DNA from: an uncultured Clostridia bacterium | GTDB lineage: Bacteria > Bacillota > Clostridia > TANB77 > CAG-508 | DNA: 64,000 nucleotides | Assembly (NCBI GenBank): GCA_963559065.1 | Contig: CAUWIY010000005.1 | Location: 17,679-81,678 of the forward strand | Reading direction: 5' to 3' | Shown here: piece after piece, positions 9,916-20,494 of the stretch | Layout: the number at the start of each line of letters is the position of its first letter | Position numbering within the stretch: the stretch's first letter is position 1 | Notes under the pieces: generated by a model | What the model was told of the DNA's origin: nothing | The model's input: the letters and a program-made list of their open reading frames with translations, nothing else | Databases searched by the model: none | Made by a program: the position numbers and the translations under genes

Positions 9916-10152
9916 GTGCAATTTAGAAGATTAAAAGATTTAAGAGAAGATAATGATAAACTACAAAAAGAAATTGCTAATTTACTAGGAATTTCCCAAC
10001 AATATTATTCTGAATATGAAAAAGGAAATAGAACTATTACTGTACCACATTTAATCACTCTTGCCAAATATTATAATACCTCTATTGACTATATAGTTGG
10101 TTTAACTAATGAAAAAAATACAATCGAACATAATCCTAAAAAAATAAGCTGA
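9916..10152 (+). CDS. XRE-family helix-turn-helix transcriptional regulator
   Basis: 78-aa ORF with a GGAGG RBS and a GTG start. The HTH_3-like segment reads LKDLREDNDKLQKEIANLLGISQQYYSEYEKG. It is divergent from the pilin-like gene pair. Confidence 0.75.
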   Translation: MQFRRLKDLREDNDKLQKEIANLLGISQQYYSEYEKGNRTITVPHLITLAKYYNTSIDYIVGLTNEKNTIEHNPKKIS

Positions 10153-10233
10153 TTTCATAATAAAAAGAACCTAAAGCATTATATTTTCATTTAACATTAG
10201 GTTCATTTAAAATTTAATCAACTTATTTCTTAT

Positions 10234-10788
10234 TTATAACTCCATTTGGCTTGCCAAAAATGTAGCAGCAGATTGTGCAACTTTTTTCTCAACATCATCC
10301 ATCTTGGTTTTTGAATCTTTTGACATTAAAATAACAGTTCCTATTGTATCACCATTTGAAACTATTGGATATACAACTTGAGCATTATTCTTTTTCTCAT
10401 TTTTATCGTTTTTTGTAATTGGCATAGATTGATTACTATTTTCTGTACTAGAATAAATTTCTTTATCTTCCATTAATTTTTCTAATTCCAAACTTACATC
10501 TTGTTCTAAATACTCTTTTTTAGAACCTCCTGAAACTGCAATAATTGTATCTTTATCTGTAATACATGCTATATGACCTGTTGTCTTAGCTAATGTTTCT
10601 GCATATCCAGAAGCAAATTCTGATAATTCACCAATTGGCGAATATTTTTTTAATATCACTTGACCTTCTCTATCTGTAAAAATCTCAAGTGGGTCTCCTT
10701 CTTTTATTCTTAATGTTTTTCTTATTTCTTTTGGAATTACTACTCTTCCTAAATCATCTATCCTTCTCACTACTCCAGTTGCTTTCAT
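10234..10788 (-). CDS. spoVT: Stage V sporulation protein T (AbrB-family regulator)
   Basis: The N-terminal AbrB/SpoVT domain reads MKATGVVRRIDDLGRVVIPKEIRKTLRIKEGDPLEIF. The 184-aa length includes a C-terminal GAF-like part. Confidence 0.85.
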   Translation of the reverse strand: MKATGVVRRIDDLGRVVIPKEIRKTLRIKEGDPLEIFTDREGQVILKKYSPIGELSEFASGYAETLAKTTGHIACITDKDTIIAVSGGSKKEYLEQDVSLELEKLMEDKEIYSSTENSNQSMPITKNDKNEKKNNAQVVYPIVSNGDTIGTVILMSKDSKTKMDDVEKKVAQSAATFLASQMEL

Positions 10789-10926
10789 AATTTTCCTCCT
10801 TTTTTAATTTATGTCTACTTTTATTCTATCAAAAAAGGAAAATTTTATACATTTTATTTTTAATTTAAATTTTATTTTTAATTACTTTTGTAAATTATAT
10901 ATAAAACTCTTTAACAAGTTATCTTT

Positions 10927-11559
10927 TTAAAATTCTTTATTTTGATATATTTTATTAGATATTAAATATGAAATCACCAATAATATTATAGAAATTATTG
11001 GAATTGCTATATATGAACATTTATCTAATCCATTTATCACATTTTCAAAAGCTTTCATATCTATAAATTTCACGAATAAAGCACCTATTCCTATTATCCC
11101 AAATACTACTGCAAATACTATTATTCTTCCATTTGTACTACCAAACTTAAATACAGTTGGATACATTAATGCAATTATAATAACAACAGATAATATTGTT
11201 CCCATTAACGAAGCTGTAATTTCTTCAAAATTTACATTACTAGTTTTAGCATAATTAACTCCTATTGATATAGCAAATGTCATTATTCCTAAAATAATCG
11301 TTAAAATTATTGAAGCTATATATTTTGCTCTAACAATATTTTTTCTTCCGTTTGGCAAAGTTACTGCATAAGAGTTCCAATTATTAAAATCATCATAACT
11401 AAATGTTGTCATAAACATCATTATTCCAATTAGTGGCACTATAAATGTAACATCAAATGAACCTTGAAATACCATCATCAAATATATTATAAATACAATT
11501 ATCATTGATTTTAAATTTGCCTTTATAAGTAAAAAATCTTTTTTTATTAATCCTAACAT
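10927..11559 (-). CDS. ABC-2 type transporter permease
   Basis: 210-aa polytopic membrane protein. It overlaps the upstream ATPase gene and belongs to a GntR-ABC-permease operon. Confidence 0.7.
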   Translation of the reverse strand: MLGLIKKDFLLIKANLKSMIIVFIIYLMMVFQGSFDVTFIVPLIGIMMFMTTFSYDDFNNWNSYAVTLPNGRKNIVRAKYIASIILTIILGIMTFAISIGVNYAKTSNVNFEEITASLMGTILSVVIIIALMYPTVFKFGSTNGRIIVFAVVFGIIGIGALFVKFIDMKAFENVINGLDKCSYIAIPIISIILLVISYLISNKIYQNKEF

Positions 11560-12419
11560 ACTTTTTCCCCCTTAATTACTAATAACATTAAGTCTTCAAG
11601 TGTAATTTTATCTATCACACATTCACTATATTTTCTTACCATTTGTTCTTTATTGCTAATTAATATTTCATAAGCATATTTTGTTTTTTTATATGCAATT
11701 ATATCTTTCTTATCTATCTTTTGAAAATAATCAATATCACATTTTAAAATTCCATAATTATCAATTATTTCATCTCTTGATTTTTGTAATACTTTTTTTC
11801 CTTTATCCATAAATATAATTTCATCTGCTATATGTTCTAGGTCACTTGTTATGTGTGTTGATAATAATATAGAATGTTCTTCATTTTCTATAAATTTTAA
11901 GAATATATCTAAAACTTCATTTCTTGCAACTGGATCTAGTCCACTTGTTGGCTCATCTAATATAAGTAATTTTGGCTTATGCGCTAGTGCTGAAACTATT
12001 TCTAATTTTTTTCTCATTCCTTTTGACATTGATTTTAGCGGTTTATTTTCTGGTAAATTAAATTCTTTTAAATAAGAAAAATATAATTCACTATCCCAAT
12101 TTTTGTATATAGACTTCATAGAATTATTTATATCCTTAGCATTTAATAGTTCTGGGAAAAACATATTATCTAAAACTACTCCTATATCTTCTTTTATATC
12201 CTTTTCCTCTTTTTTATAGTCTTTTCCAAATATTTTTATTTCTCCATCATCAATTTTTATAATATTTAACATTGATTTTATTAGTGTCGTTTTTCCTGCA
12301 CCATTTTCTCCAATAAGTCCTACAATAACCCCTTTTGGTATTGCTACATCTATTTCTCCTAGTTGAAATTTGTCATCATATCGTTTTTTTAGGTTTTTAA
12401 TCTCAATAATATTTTCCAT
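11553..12419 (-). CDS. ABC transporter ATP-binding protein
   Basis: Carries Walker A (GENGAGKTT), the signature MSKGMRKK and Walker B (LLILDEPTSGLD). Confidence 0.9.
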   Translation of the reverse strand: MENIIEIKNLKKRYDDKFQLGEIDVAIPKGVIVGLIGENGAGKTTLIKSMLNIIKIDDGEIKIFGKDYKKEEKDIKEDIGVVLDNMFFPELLNAKDINNSMKSIYKNWDSELYFSYLKEFNLPENKPLKSMSKGMRKKLEIVSALAHKPKLLILDEPTSGLDPVARNEVLDIFLKFIENEEHSILLSTHITSDLEHIADEIIFMDKGKKVLQKSRDEIIDNYGILKCDIDYFQKIDKKDIIAYKKTKYAYEILISNKEQMVRKYSECVIDKITLEDLMLLVIKGEKVC

Positions 12420-12796
12420 TATTGTTCCTCCTCATAAATCATTTTAAACATTTCGATTACATCATTTTTATCTATCTCGAATCTATTAGAAATAGCAACA
12501 ATTTTTTCTATGTATTTTTCTATATCTTTTTGAGCTTGCTCTTTTGCAAGTTCTGTGTTTTTAGGTGCTACAAAAGTTCCTTTTCCTTGTATAGATTTTA
12601 AATATCCTTCTTTTTCTAATTCATCATAGGCTTTTTTTATAGTCATAGCACTTATTTTTATATCTTGTGCTAATACTCTTATTGATGGTAATATCTCATC
12701 TTCTTTTAGTTCTCCCTCTAGTATTTGATTTATAATAGATTTCTTGATTTGCTCATATATTGGTACAGAACTGCTATTACTAATAATCATCTTCAT
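12419..12796 (-). CDS. GntR-family (YtrA-subfamily) transcriptional regulator
   Basis: 125-aa ORF with a winged-helix segment PIYEQIKKSIINQILEGELKEDEILPSIRVLAQDIKIS. It is the first gene of the ABC operon. Confidence 0.85.
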   Translation of the reverse strand: MKMIISNSSSVPIYEQIKKSIINQILEGELKEDEILPSIRVLAQDIKISAMTIKKAYDELEKEGYLKSIQGKGTFVAPKNTELAKEQAQKDIEKYIEKIVAISNRFEIDKNDVIEMFKMIYEEEQ

Positions 12797-12919
12797 ATTA
12801 TCGCCTCCTTGTTATACAGTATATAACACTATATAACACTTGTCAATATTTTATCATTTTTTTGTTTATTGATACAAAAAAACAACCTACAAACTTTTTG
12901 TTCATAGATTGTTTTTACT

Positions 12920-12996
12920 TGGTGCTCCCTCAAGGATTCGAACCTTGGACCCACCGGTTATGAGCCGGTTGCTCTGACCAACTGAGCTAAGGGAGC
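12920..12996 (-). tRNA. tRNA with anticodon CAT (elongator Met, or Ile2 read via lysidine), CCA encoded
   Basis: The cloverleaf can be read directly. The acceptor is GCTCCCT/AGGGAGC, the D arm GCTC/GAGC and the anticodon stem ACCGG/CCGGT with loop CTCATAA. The T arm is CAAGG-TTCGAAT-CCTTG. The GGCTCATAACC context resembles Bacillus tRNA-Ile2. Confidence 0.9.
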
Positions 12997-13104
12997 AAAT
13001 AAAATATTTAATTGCTTAACGCAAGATACAGTATAAACTATTTTATTTTATCTGTCAATACTTTTATAAAATTTTTATACATTTTTTATACAATTTTTTT
13101 ATTT

Positions 13105-13163
13105 ATAAAAACAACAGTGGCATGATTAACATTTTTTACATATAAAAAATTATTTCATGCCAC
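13105..13163 (-). terminator. Probable intrinsic terminator downstream of the 280-aa gene
   Basis: A 9-bp stem (GTGGCATGA / TCATGCCAC) with a long AT loop, followed on the minus strand by TGTTGTTTTTAT. Confidence 0.4.
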
Positions 13164-13230
13164 AATAGTATTCATTCACAAAATTTCAAATAAATTTTCT
13201 TTAGAATATTTTCTATTATAATTAACAAAA

Positions 13231-14073
13231 CTAATTATTTTCTCCTCTTCCTTCTGGAAGTGCTTCTGGATATTGTAAAACAACTCTAATTTTAGTAATA
13301 TATGCAATTGCTCTAACAATTTTACTATTTTTAATTCTTTGCCATAATGAAGGTTTTGCTTCAAATGTTGTTTCTTCCACATATTGTTGTTGCATTTGTT
13401 CTTGTTCTATTTCAGCTTTTTGTTCTACTTCTACTTTTTCTGGTTGTTCCACTGGTGTAGGAATTGTTTTTAAAGCATCTGCAACTTCTATTCCGATGTA
13501 ACTTAAAGCTTTAGATCTATCTTCAATTCTTTCCATATCAATTTCTATATGTAAATTTGATTCCAAATTGCTTACTCTTGCATTTAACAATTTCATAGAA
13601 TCTTGATAGTTTTGAGACCTATCAGTTTTACATTTTCCTAATATGTTTAAAGTTCCTATAATGTCTTCATCAAATGTTCCTTCTGCTTTTTTTACTCTTT
13701 CCTTCCAATTTTCATCTTTATTTGCAACAACTTCTATTAGTTCTTTCAATTGACCAGCTAATGAAATATTTTGTTCTCTTTGTCTAATCAATTCTTCTAT
13801 TTTTTTTGTATTTTCCTCAAATTGATTTGTTGCATATTCTACTAATCCGTAAGCTTCTTTATATACACTGCTAGGGAAATTTTTCTTTTTAGGATATTCT
13901 ATTAAATATGTTTTTATTGATTCTATTAAATCTTTAAAATAAGCATCTTCTTCTAATTGAACAATTTGCTTTTTACTATTAGGGTTTATCATTTTTTGAA
14001 CTTTTTCTATATTAGATAATATTTTTTCTTCCGTGATTACCATTCTCACGTTTACTATGCCAGATTTAGACAT
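13231..14073 (-). CDS. Hypothetical protein (coiled-coil-rich, Glu/Lys-rich)
   Basis: 280-aa ORF with GGAGG upstream of the ATG. I recognise no domain. Confidence 0.5.
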   Translation of the reverse strand: MSKSGIVNVRMVITEEKILSNIEKVQKMINPNSKKQIVQLEEDAYFKDLIESIKTYLIEYPKKKNFPSSVYKEAYGLVEYATNQFEENTKKIEELIRQREQNISLAGQLKELIEVVANKDENWKERVKKAEGTFDEDIIGTLNILGKCKTDRSQNYQDSMKLLNARVSNLESNLHIEIDMERIEDRSKALSYIGIEVADALKTIPTPVEQPEKVEVEQKAEIEQEQMQQQYVEETTFEAKPSLWQRIKNSKIVRAIAYITKIRVVLQYPEALPEGRGENN

Positions 14074-14271
14074 TGTAAACTACCTCCTTTATATTACGCC
14101 TCTCTGTTTTTTACTGTTTCTTTTATAATTATACAATATCAAACAAAAAACTACAAGGGCATTACGCCTTTTTTTGTTTACATTTTAATTACAATTTTGT
14201 TACATTTTTGTAACAATTCTCTGGAATAGAAAATATTATAAAAATAATAGTTTATCTTAAAAGTATTTCTT

Positions 14272-14847
14272 CTATGCTTTTAATCCTTCTATTAGTGTTC
14301 TATCAAATTCTTTATATATTTTTAATGTCTCAATTTCATTACCACTTTTCATTTTATACACTAGTGTAGATGCTATTAAAGCATAAATTTCTGATGCAAT
14401 TACCTTTACATCTCCTTTTTTTATTTGTCCTTTTTCCATTCCTTTTTCTACTATTTCTTCAATTTTATTAATATATCCATACACATATTCTTGGCACATT
14501 TTATTTCTTGTTTCTTTACCATAAAATTGGCTTAGTAATATAGTAATAAAATCTTCATATTTAGCAACAATTTTGATTTGAATTAATACTATCGCTCTAA
14601 TTTTATCTATATAATTATCTAATTTTGACGTTTTTATATCAATACTATTTTGTAGTAGTTTTATTCCTTCTTCAATTAAAAAATTAAAAATTTCTTCTTT
14701 ACTTGAAAAATGATAATACAATGTTCCTTTTGCCACTCCTACTGTAGCTGTAATTTCTTCAATACTTGTTGCATCATATCCTTTTTGTGCAAATAATTTC
14801 ATTGATGTCTCAAATATTTTTCTTTTTGTTTTATTCATTTCAATCAT
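14272..14847 (-). CDS. TetR/AcrR-family transcriptional regulator
   Basis: The N-terminal HTH reads KIFETSMKLFAQKGYDATSIEEITATVGVAKGTLYYHFSSKEEI. Confidence 0.9.
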   Translation of the reverse strand: MIEMNKTKRKIFETSMKLFAQKGYDATSIEEITATVGVAKGTLYYHFSSKEEIFNFLIEEGIKLLQNSIDIKTSKLDNYIDKIRAIVLIQIKIVAKYEDFITILLSQFYGKETRNKMCQEYVYGYINKIEEIVEKGMEKGQIKKGDVKVIASEIYALIASTLVYKMKSGNEIETLKIYKEFDRTLIEGLKA

Positions 14848-15018
14848 CCTTCCTAAGAGATTTTTGATATTATATATTTTTATTCGAAAAATTGCAATAT
14901 TTAATATTACTTTTTCATTACAAATCTTTACAAATTTAGACAGTTAATATACAATAACATTAATAATTTATACTTTTTAAAATTTTGGAAATACTAAGAA
15001 AAATTTTGGAGGAAACAA

Positions 15019-17403
15019 ATGAAAAATAAAAATGAATTAAGTTATCAGGATTTAAAAATGTTTTGTGATAAAAGTTTATTTAATTTTAAAACAACACAAG
15101 AATTAGAAAATATTACAACTGGCATTGGACAAGAAAGAGGAATTAAAGCATTAGAGTTTGGTCTTCAAGTAGATGTAAAAGGTTATAATCTTTACTTAGA
15201 AGGACCTTCTGGTGTTGGAAAAACAATGTACACAAAAAATTATTTAAATAAAATATCAAAAAAGAAAAAAGTTCCAGTAGATTGGTGCTATATATATAAT
15301 TTTGAAAACCCAAATGAACCAATTGCAGTTTCTCTACCAGCAGGTCAAGGAAAAGTTTTTAAAGACGCAATGGATGGGTTTATTTTAGAAGTAAAAAAAG
15401 ATATTAAAAAAACATTTAATGCAGATGATTTTGAAAAAGAAAAAGCTCTTATTAAACAAGAATTTGAGCAAAAACGTTCTGCACTTATGGATAAACTTAA
15501 TGAAGATGCTTCTAAAAACAACTTTCAAGTAAAAGCTTCTCAAAATGGAATTTACATGATGCCTGTTGTTGGAGGCAAAGCTATTGATGAAGAAGAATTT
15601 GATAAGCTAGAAGATTCTATAAAACAACAATATGAAGAAAAATCTGTTATTGTTCAAGAACAAATTATGCACGCAATTGAACAATTAAAAACAATAGAAA
15701 AAGAGTCTGATAAAAAAGTATCTGAATGGCAATCAAACATCGCTTTATTAACAATTAATGTTCATATTAATTATTTAAAATCTCAATTTAAACGTAATAA
15801 AAAAATCACACAATTTTTAAATGATGTAAAACAAGATGTTTTAAAAAATGTATCGTTTTTCTTAGAAGAGAAAAACGAAAAAAATGAACAACATGTAAAT
15901 CCTACAACAAAAAAACAAGATCCTTCTTTAAATTATCGTGTTAATCTATTTGTAGATAATTCTCACTTAGAAGGTGCTCCAGTAATTATGGATTCAAATT
16001 ATTCTTACCATAATATTTTTGGTTCTTTAGAATATGAAAATTATTATGGCTCATTAAAAACAGATCATACTATGCTAAAACCTGGTCTTCTACAAAAAGC
16101 TAATGGTGGATATCTTATCTTTCAAGCAAAAGATTTATTACAAAGTAGTATGTGCTATGATGCTCTAAAAAAAGCTCTTAGAGTTAAAGAACTTAGTATT
16201 GAAAATACAGCTGACCAAAGGTCTTCTATGGTAATGGTTTCTTTAAAACCAGAACCTATTCCTTTAGATTTAAAAGTTATTCTAATTGGAAATAGTAGTA
16301 TTTATCAAACATTACTTGCTATGGATGCTGATTTTAGAAAACTATTTAAAATTAAAGTAGAGTTTGAAGATGATGCTCCTATTACAAAAGAAAATATAAA
16401 CAAATTAGCTTCAATTATTCACGGATTTTGTGAACATGAAGATTTACCTGAATTAGACCAAGGTGCAATGGCAAAAATTATAGAATATTCTTCAAAACTT
16501 GCAGGTAGCCACAAAAAATTATCTACTAGATTTGATGATTTAATTCAAGTTGTAGCTGAATCTGCTACATGGGCAAAAATTTCAAAATCTAAAATTGTGA
16601 CAGAAGATTTTGTAAATAAAGCATTGTTTGAAAGAATTAACCGTGTTAAAAAATTTGATGCTAAATATTTAGAAATGATTAAAGATAATTCTATTTTAAT
16701 TAATACAAATGGATTTGAAGTCGGTACTTTAAATGGTCTTACAGTTATGACTATTGGAGATTACACATTTGGAAAACCAGCAAAAATTACCGTAAATACT
16801 TATACTGGAAAAAGTGGAATTGTTAATATTGAAAGAGAAGTTGAACTTTCTGGTTCTTCTCATTCAAAAGGTGTTTTAATTTTAACTGGATATTTAGGAG
16901 AAATGTTCGCTCAAGATATTCCTCTTTCATTAACAGCAAGTATTTGTTTTGAGCAATTATATAACGGAGTTGATGGAGATAGTGCTTCTAGTACAGAATT
17001 ATATGGATTACTTTCTAGTTTATCTGAAATTCCAATAAATCAAGCTATTGCTGTTACTGGTTCTGTTAATCAAAAAGGTCAAATACAACCAATTGGCGGT
17101 GTAAATGATAAGATTGAAGGATACTTCCAAATTTGCAAAATGCGTGGCTTAGATGGTTCTCATGGTGTTATGATTCCTATTCAGAATGTAGACAATTTAC
17201 AACTTTCTGATGAAGTAATTGAGGCTGTTAAAAATGGATTATTCCATGTTTATTCAATTTCTACTATAGAAGAAGGAATTGAAATATTAACAGGAGTTCC
17301 TGCTGGTAAAAAAGATAAAAATGGTAATTTCCCAGCTGGTACTGTAAATTATTTAGTTCATGAAAAATTAAAAAAATATGCTAAAATAAGTGAAAATATT
17401 TAA
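15019..17403 (+). CDS. Lon-related ATP-dependent protease (COG1067 / LonB-like family)
   Basis: 794-aa ORF with Walker A (GPSGVGKT). The C-terminal Lon S16 domain carries GDSASSTELYGLLS...VTGSVNQKGQIQPIGGVNDKIEG. Confidence 0.8.
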   Translation: MKNKNELSYQDLKMFCDKSLFNFKTTQELENITTGIGQERGIKALEFGLQVDVKGYNLYLEGPSGVGKTMYTKNYLNKISKKKKVPVDWCYIYNFENPNEPIAVSLPAGQGKVFKDAMDGFILEVKKDIKKTFNADDFEKEKALIKQEFEQKRSALMDKLNEDASKNNFQVKASQNGIYMMPVVGGKAIDEEEFDKLEDSIKQQYEEKSVIVQEQIMHAIEQLKTIEKESDKKVSEWQSNIALLTINVHINYLKSQFKRNKKITQFLNDVKQDVLKNVSFFLEEKNEKNEQHVNPTTKKQDPSLNYRVNLFVDNSHLEGAPVIMDSNYSYHNIFGSLEYENYYGSLKTDHTMLKPGLLQKANGGYLIFQAKDLLQSSMCYDALKKALRVKELSIENTADQRSSMVMVSLKPEPIPLDLKVILIGNSSIYQTLLAMDADFRKLFKIKVEFEDDAPITKENINKLASIIHGFCEHEDLPELDQGAMAKIIEYSSKLAGSHKKLSTRFDDLIQVVAESATWAKISKSKIVTEDFVNKALFERINRVKKFDAKYLEMIKDNSILINTNGFEVGTLNGLTVMTIGDYTFGKPAKITVNTYTGKSGIVNIEREVELSGSSHSKGVLILTGYLGEMFAQDIPLSLTASICFEQLYNGVDGDSASSTELYGLLSSLSEIPINQAIAVTGSVNQKGQIQPIGGVNDKIEGYFQICKMRGLDGSHGVMIPIQNVDNLQLSDEVIEAVKNGLFHVYSISTIEEGIEILTGVPAGKKDKNGNFPAGTVNYLVHEKLKKYAKISENI

Positions 17404-17433
17404 TACAAGTAATAGCCAATTTATTGACTAGCA

Positions 17434-17476
17434 AAAATAAAGTATGTTAATATTGTAAACATACTTTATTTTTTAT
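17434..17476 (+). terminator. Intrinsic terminator after the Lon-related protease gene
   Basis: A 14-bp stem (AAATAAAGTATGTT / AACATACTTTATTT) followed by a T run. Confidence 0.7.
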
Positions 17477-17503
17477 ACATTTTTATTATAAACTTAATAT
17501 ATT

Positions 17504-17899
17504 TTAAAAAATATTAATCAAGCTTAATTTAGTTTTATTTCTTATATGCTCTAAAACATATACACTCATATCTAATTGTGCCATAGCATCACTATACTCC
17601 TCTTTTTCTATATATCCGTGTAATCCAGATAAATTTGTTTCAATTTTTTCAAGTTCATCATGCTCTATATACATAGCTAGCTTTTTATGCCTTTGGTTCC
17701 ATTTATTTCTAATATCTCCAATTTGTGTTTTTACTTTTTGTACATCTATTTCTTCATCTTGTTTTTCTATTTCTGTTCTCATTTCTGCTAAAGCATTAGT
17801 TGCCTCACTAACTGATTGATTTGTATAGTTTATGGTAAAGATATCTCCAAATATTATTAAAGCCACAATAACTATTGATATTATTAACTCTTTTATCAT
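17504..17899 (-). CDS. DUF4363-like small membrane-anchored protein
   Basis: 131-aa ORF with an N-terminal TM segment. It overlaps the upstream DUF421 gene by 4 nt, which is the usual pairing. Confidence 0.55.
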   Translation of the reverse strand: MIKELIISIVIVALIIFGDIFTINYTNQSVSEATNALAEMRTEIEKQDEEIDVQKVKTQIGDIRNKWNQRHKKLAMYIEHDELEKIETNLSGLHGYIEKEEYSDAMAQLDMSVYVLEHIRNKTKLSLINIF

Positions 17900-18573
17900 T
17901 CTTCCTTATCCTTCCTTTGGCAAAAAATTTGTCCTTTTCCATCTAAAGTAACTACAAGCGCTTCCTCTGGTTTCATATTAAATTTTGCTACTTGCTTTTT
18001 TAACCATTCTATATTTTTACCAATTGCTTTCAAGTTTTGTTCCATAATTTTTCCATCAATTATTAAATCATATGGTATTCCCTCATAATCTGGAACAATA
18101 TTAAAGTCTTCTGGAGTTGTCCCTCTTTTTTCTGGTTTCTGTATAACAGTAACTTGACCACTTGTTTCTAATATTGCATATTCTACATCTCCTAAATTAA
18201 TTATATTATTTCCTCTTAGTCTTTCTTCTAATTCATTAATTGTAAATCTTTCTCTTTTTAATGCTTTTTCATCAATTTTTCCTCTATAAATTAAAATTGT
18301 TGGTCTTCCACAAATAATTTCTCTTGCTCTTATACTTTTCATATTTAATATAGAAATTAATAAGTGCATAACAAGTAGACCTAAAATTGGAATCAATCCA
18401 TTTGAAATTGGTATTCCTGTATCAGCCATTGGAATTGTTGCTAAATCTGCAATCATAATTGAAATTGCAAATTCAAATGGTTGCAATTGACCAATTTCTC
18501 TTTTTCCCATTAGTCTCATAACTAATAATACAAATATGTATAATAAAATTGCTCTAAAAAAAATGATTAGCAT
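17896..18573 (-). CDS. DUF421 (YetF/YrbG-like) membrane protein
   Basis: The N-terminus RAILLYIFVLLVMRLMGKREIGQLQPFEFAISIMIADLA is typical of DUF421. Confidence 0.75.
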   Translation of the reverse strand: MLIIFFRAILLYIFVLLVMRLMGKREIGQLQPFEFAISIMIADLATIPMADTGIPISNGLIPILGLLVMHLLISILNMKSIRAREIICGRPTILIYRGKIDEKALKRERFTINELEERLRGNNIINLGDVEYAILETSGQVTVIQKPEKRGTTPEDFNIVPDYEGIPYDLIIDGKIMEQNLKAIGKNIEWLKKQVAKFNMKPEEALVVTLDGKGQIFCQRKDKEE

Positions 18574-18736
18574 TTTTACCTCTTTTCATAAAAATTAAAT
18601 ATTTTTTATTTTATTTTTAACAAAAATTTACTTTTTTATACTTCAATTTTTGAATAATATTTTTTTTATTGTTCATAATAATTTTAGAGCCATGAAATTT
18701 TTACATGAAATTTAAAAAACTAAGGAGGGAAGGTTT

Positions 18737-19108
18737 ATGGCACATTCACAAACTAGAAGTGAAAATGGAACTTCAACTGTATGGCAAATTGTTGGGAGAT
18801 TAGTTGCAGCTGCTGTTGTTTTAGCAATTACAGCATTCTTTACCCCTGGATTTTCAATAAATAATATATGGACATTAATTATTGCAGCTGTTGTTTTAAC
18901 AGTAATAGATTATTTAGTAACAAAATTTACAGGACTTCATGCAAGTCCATTTGGTAAAGGATTTGTAGGTTTTGCATTAGCTGCTATTGTTTTATATGTA
19001 ACACAATTTTTCGTTGCAGGATATTCTATTTCTTGGATAGCTGCTATAATAGGTGCTTTAATTTACGGTGCAGTTGATTACTTTATACCTGGAAATCAAT
19101 CTATGTAG
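18737..19108 (+). CDS. Small integral membrane protein (DUF2512 / holin-IV-like topology)
   Basis: 123-aa ORF with 3-4 predicted TM helices and a GGAGGG RBS. Confidence 0.45.
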   Translation: MAHSQTRSENGTSTVWQIVGRLVAAAVVLAITAFFTPGFSINNIWTLIIAAVVLTVIDYLVTKFTGLHASPFGKGFVGFALAAIVLYVTQFFVAGYSISWIAAIIGALIYGAVDYFIPGNQSM

Positions 19109-19246
19109 TTAGTTGTTGTATCTAATAATTTATCATTTTAGTGCAACAAAAAGAGAATTTAAAATGTACCATATTATTATAATTTTTATTAATAATTTTG
19201 GTTTACTTTAAATTCTCTTTTTTCTTTATTTTAACATGTTAATAAT

Positions 19247-20494
19247 TTATTTTTGTCTTTCCCAATATTTTTCATATAATTCTTTTGCTGTTTTTGGGCT
19301 ATCTACTCCATCTTTATTTTTAACTGGTGCAAAATCGTCCTCTCTTTTTCCTCTTAAAATTGCAATATCATCAAATAATTCAAATGCGTCAAAAATAAAT
19401 GCTTCAAATTTATAAGAATTTGGTTCTTCTGGTATAATTTCTTTTCCATTTTCATCTATATATGAATTTTTCTTAAATGCACTATGGTAAATTAATGGTT
19501 CTTTACTTATTTTTTCAATTGCGTCTATAGTAAACAAGTTGCACATTATATGTGATTCACCATAACGTAATTCTCCATTTGTATCAACTTCTTCTGCCAT
19601 TTCTTGTGATAATTCTGAATATTCAATTACTTTAGGATGATTATTCATTTTGCAAAATACTCCTACTTTTTCATGAGGATTTGATTTTACTACAGATTTA
19701 GAGGCTATTTTGACATTTTTTTCTATTGCCATTCCTAACAAAGTAGTATCTGCCATTTTTAATATTGCATTATCTACTCCACCTATAAATATCCATTCTA
19801 TTCCTCTTTCTTTCATATCAGCAAGCATTCCAGTTGTTCTTAAAGATTTAAATACTCCTCCATTTCCATCAGAAGCTTCTTTTACTTTTAAATCTTTTCC
19901 TATTAGCATTTTACCTTGTGTATCTACTAATGGTAATTCTCCTTGTTTAAATAACATTACACTATTTTTATCATATCCAAAATAATTGTTTTTATCTAAA
20001 AATTCTTGTGTTTCATCATTATTTTCTTTACTTGTCATTATGTACCATGGAATTATTGTATTAAATTTTTTATTAGCCTCTTTTAAGTTTTCTGATAAAA
20101 TTTCAAATAAATATTTTCCTTTTCCATAAACATCTAGTTTAAATGTTCCTTTTGGGCCTGTGTGTCCAAGCCTTGTTCCTTGTCCTCCTGCCATTGTTAC
20201 AACTGCATATTTACCACTAGAAATAGCTTTTTCTCCTAATTCATCAAATTCATCTTTTTCTGTTTTTGTTAATTTTTCTTTATCTAAATATGAAATTGAT
20301 TCTATTTTATTTTCTTTAAATTCAATGCTCTTTTTTGTATTTTCATATAACTCCATAATTTGGTGAAAGTCAATATTATTTAATTGTTCAATTAATTGTT
20401 CTCTTTGTTTTCCTTCTAATTTATTTAATACATTAATAATGTGTTCTTGATTATATTCTTTTAGCACTTTAATTATATCTTGTTCTTTATCCAT
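19247..20494 (-). CDS. UDP-sugar (UDP-N-acetylhexosamine/UTP-hexose-1-P) pyrophosphorylase, UDPGP family
   Basis: 415-aa ORF with the UDPGP signature MAGGQGTRLGHTGPKGTF and later DGNGG. Confidence 0.7.
   Translation of the reverse strand: MDKEQDIIKVLKEYNQEHIINVLNKLEGKQREQLIEQLNNIDFHQIMELYENTKKSIEFKENKIESISYLDKEKLTKTEKDEFDELGEKAISSGKYAVVTMAGGQGTRLGHTGPKGTFKLDVYGKGKYLFEILSENLKEANKKFNTIIPWYIMTSKENNDETQEFLDKNNYFGYDKNSVMLFKQGELPLVDTQGKMLIGKDLKVKEASDGNGGVFKSLRTTGMLADMKERGIEWIFIGGVDNAILKMADTTLLGMAIEKNVKIASKSVVKSNPHEKVGVFCKMNNHPKVIEYSELSQEMAEEVDTNGELRYGESHIMCNLFTIDAIEKISKEPLIYHSAFKKNSYIDENGKEIIPEEPNSYKFEAFIFDAFELFDDIAILRGKREDDFAPVKNKDGVDSPKTAKELYEKYWERQK

Noticed and set aside
15019-17403. The Lon-related protease as BrxL of a BREX defence system.
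   Set aside because: No other BREX components (brxA/B/C, pglX, pglZ) are nearby. The neighbours are a TetR regulator and membrane proteins. A housekeeping COG1067 Lon-like protease fits better.
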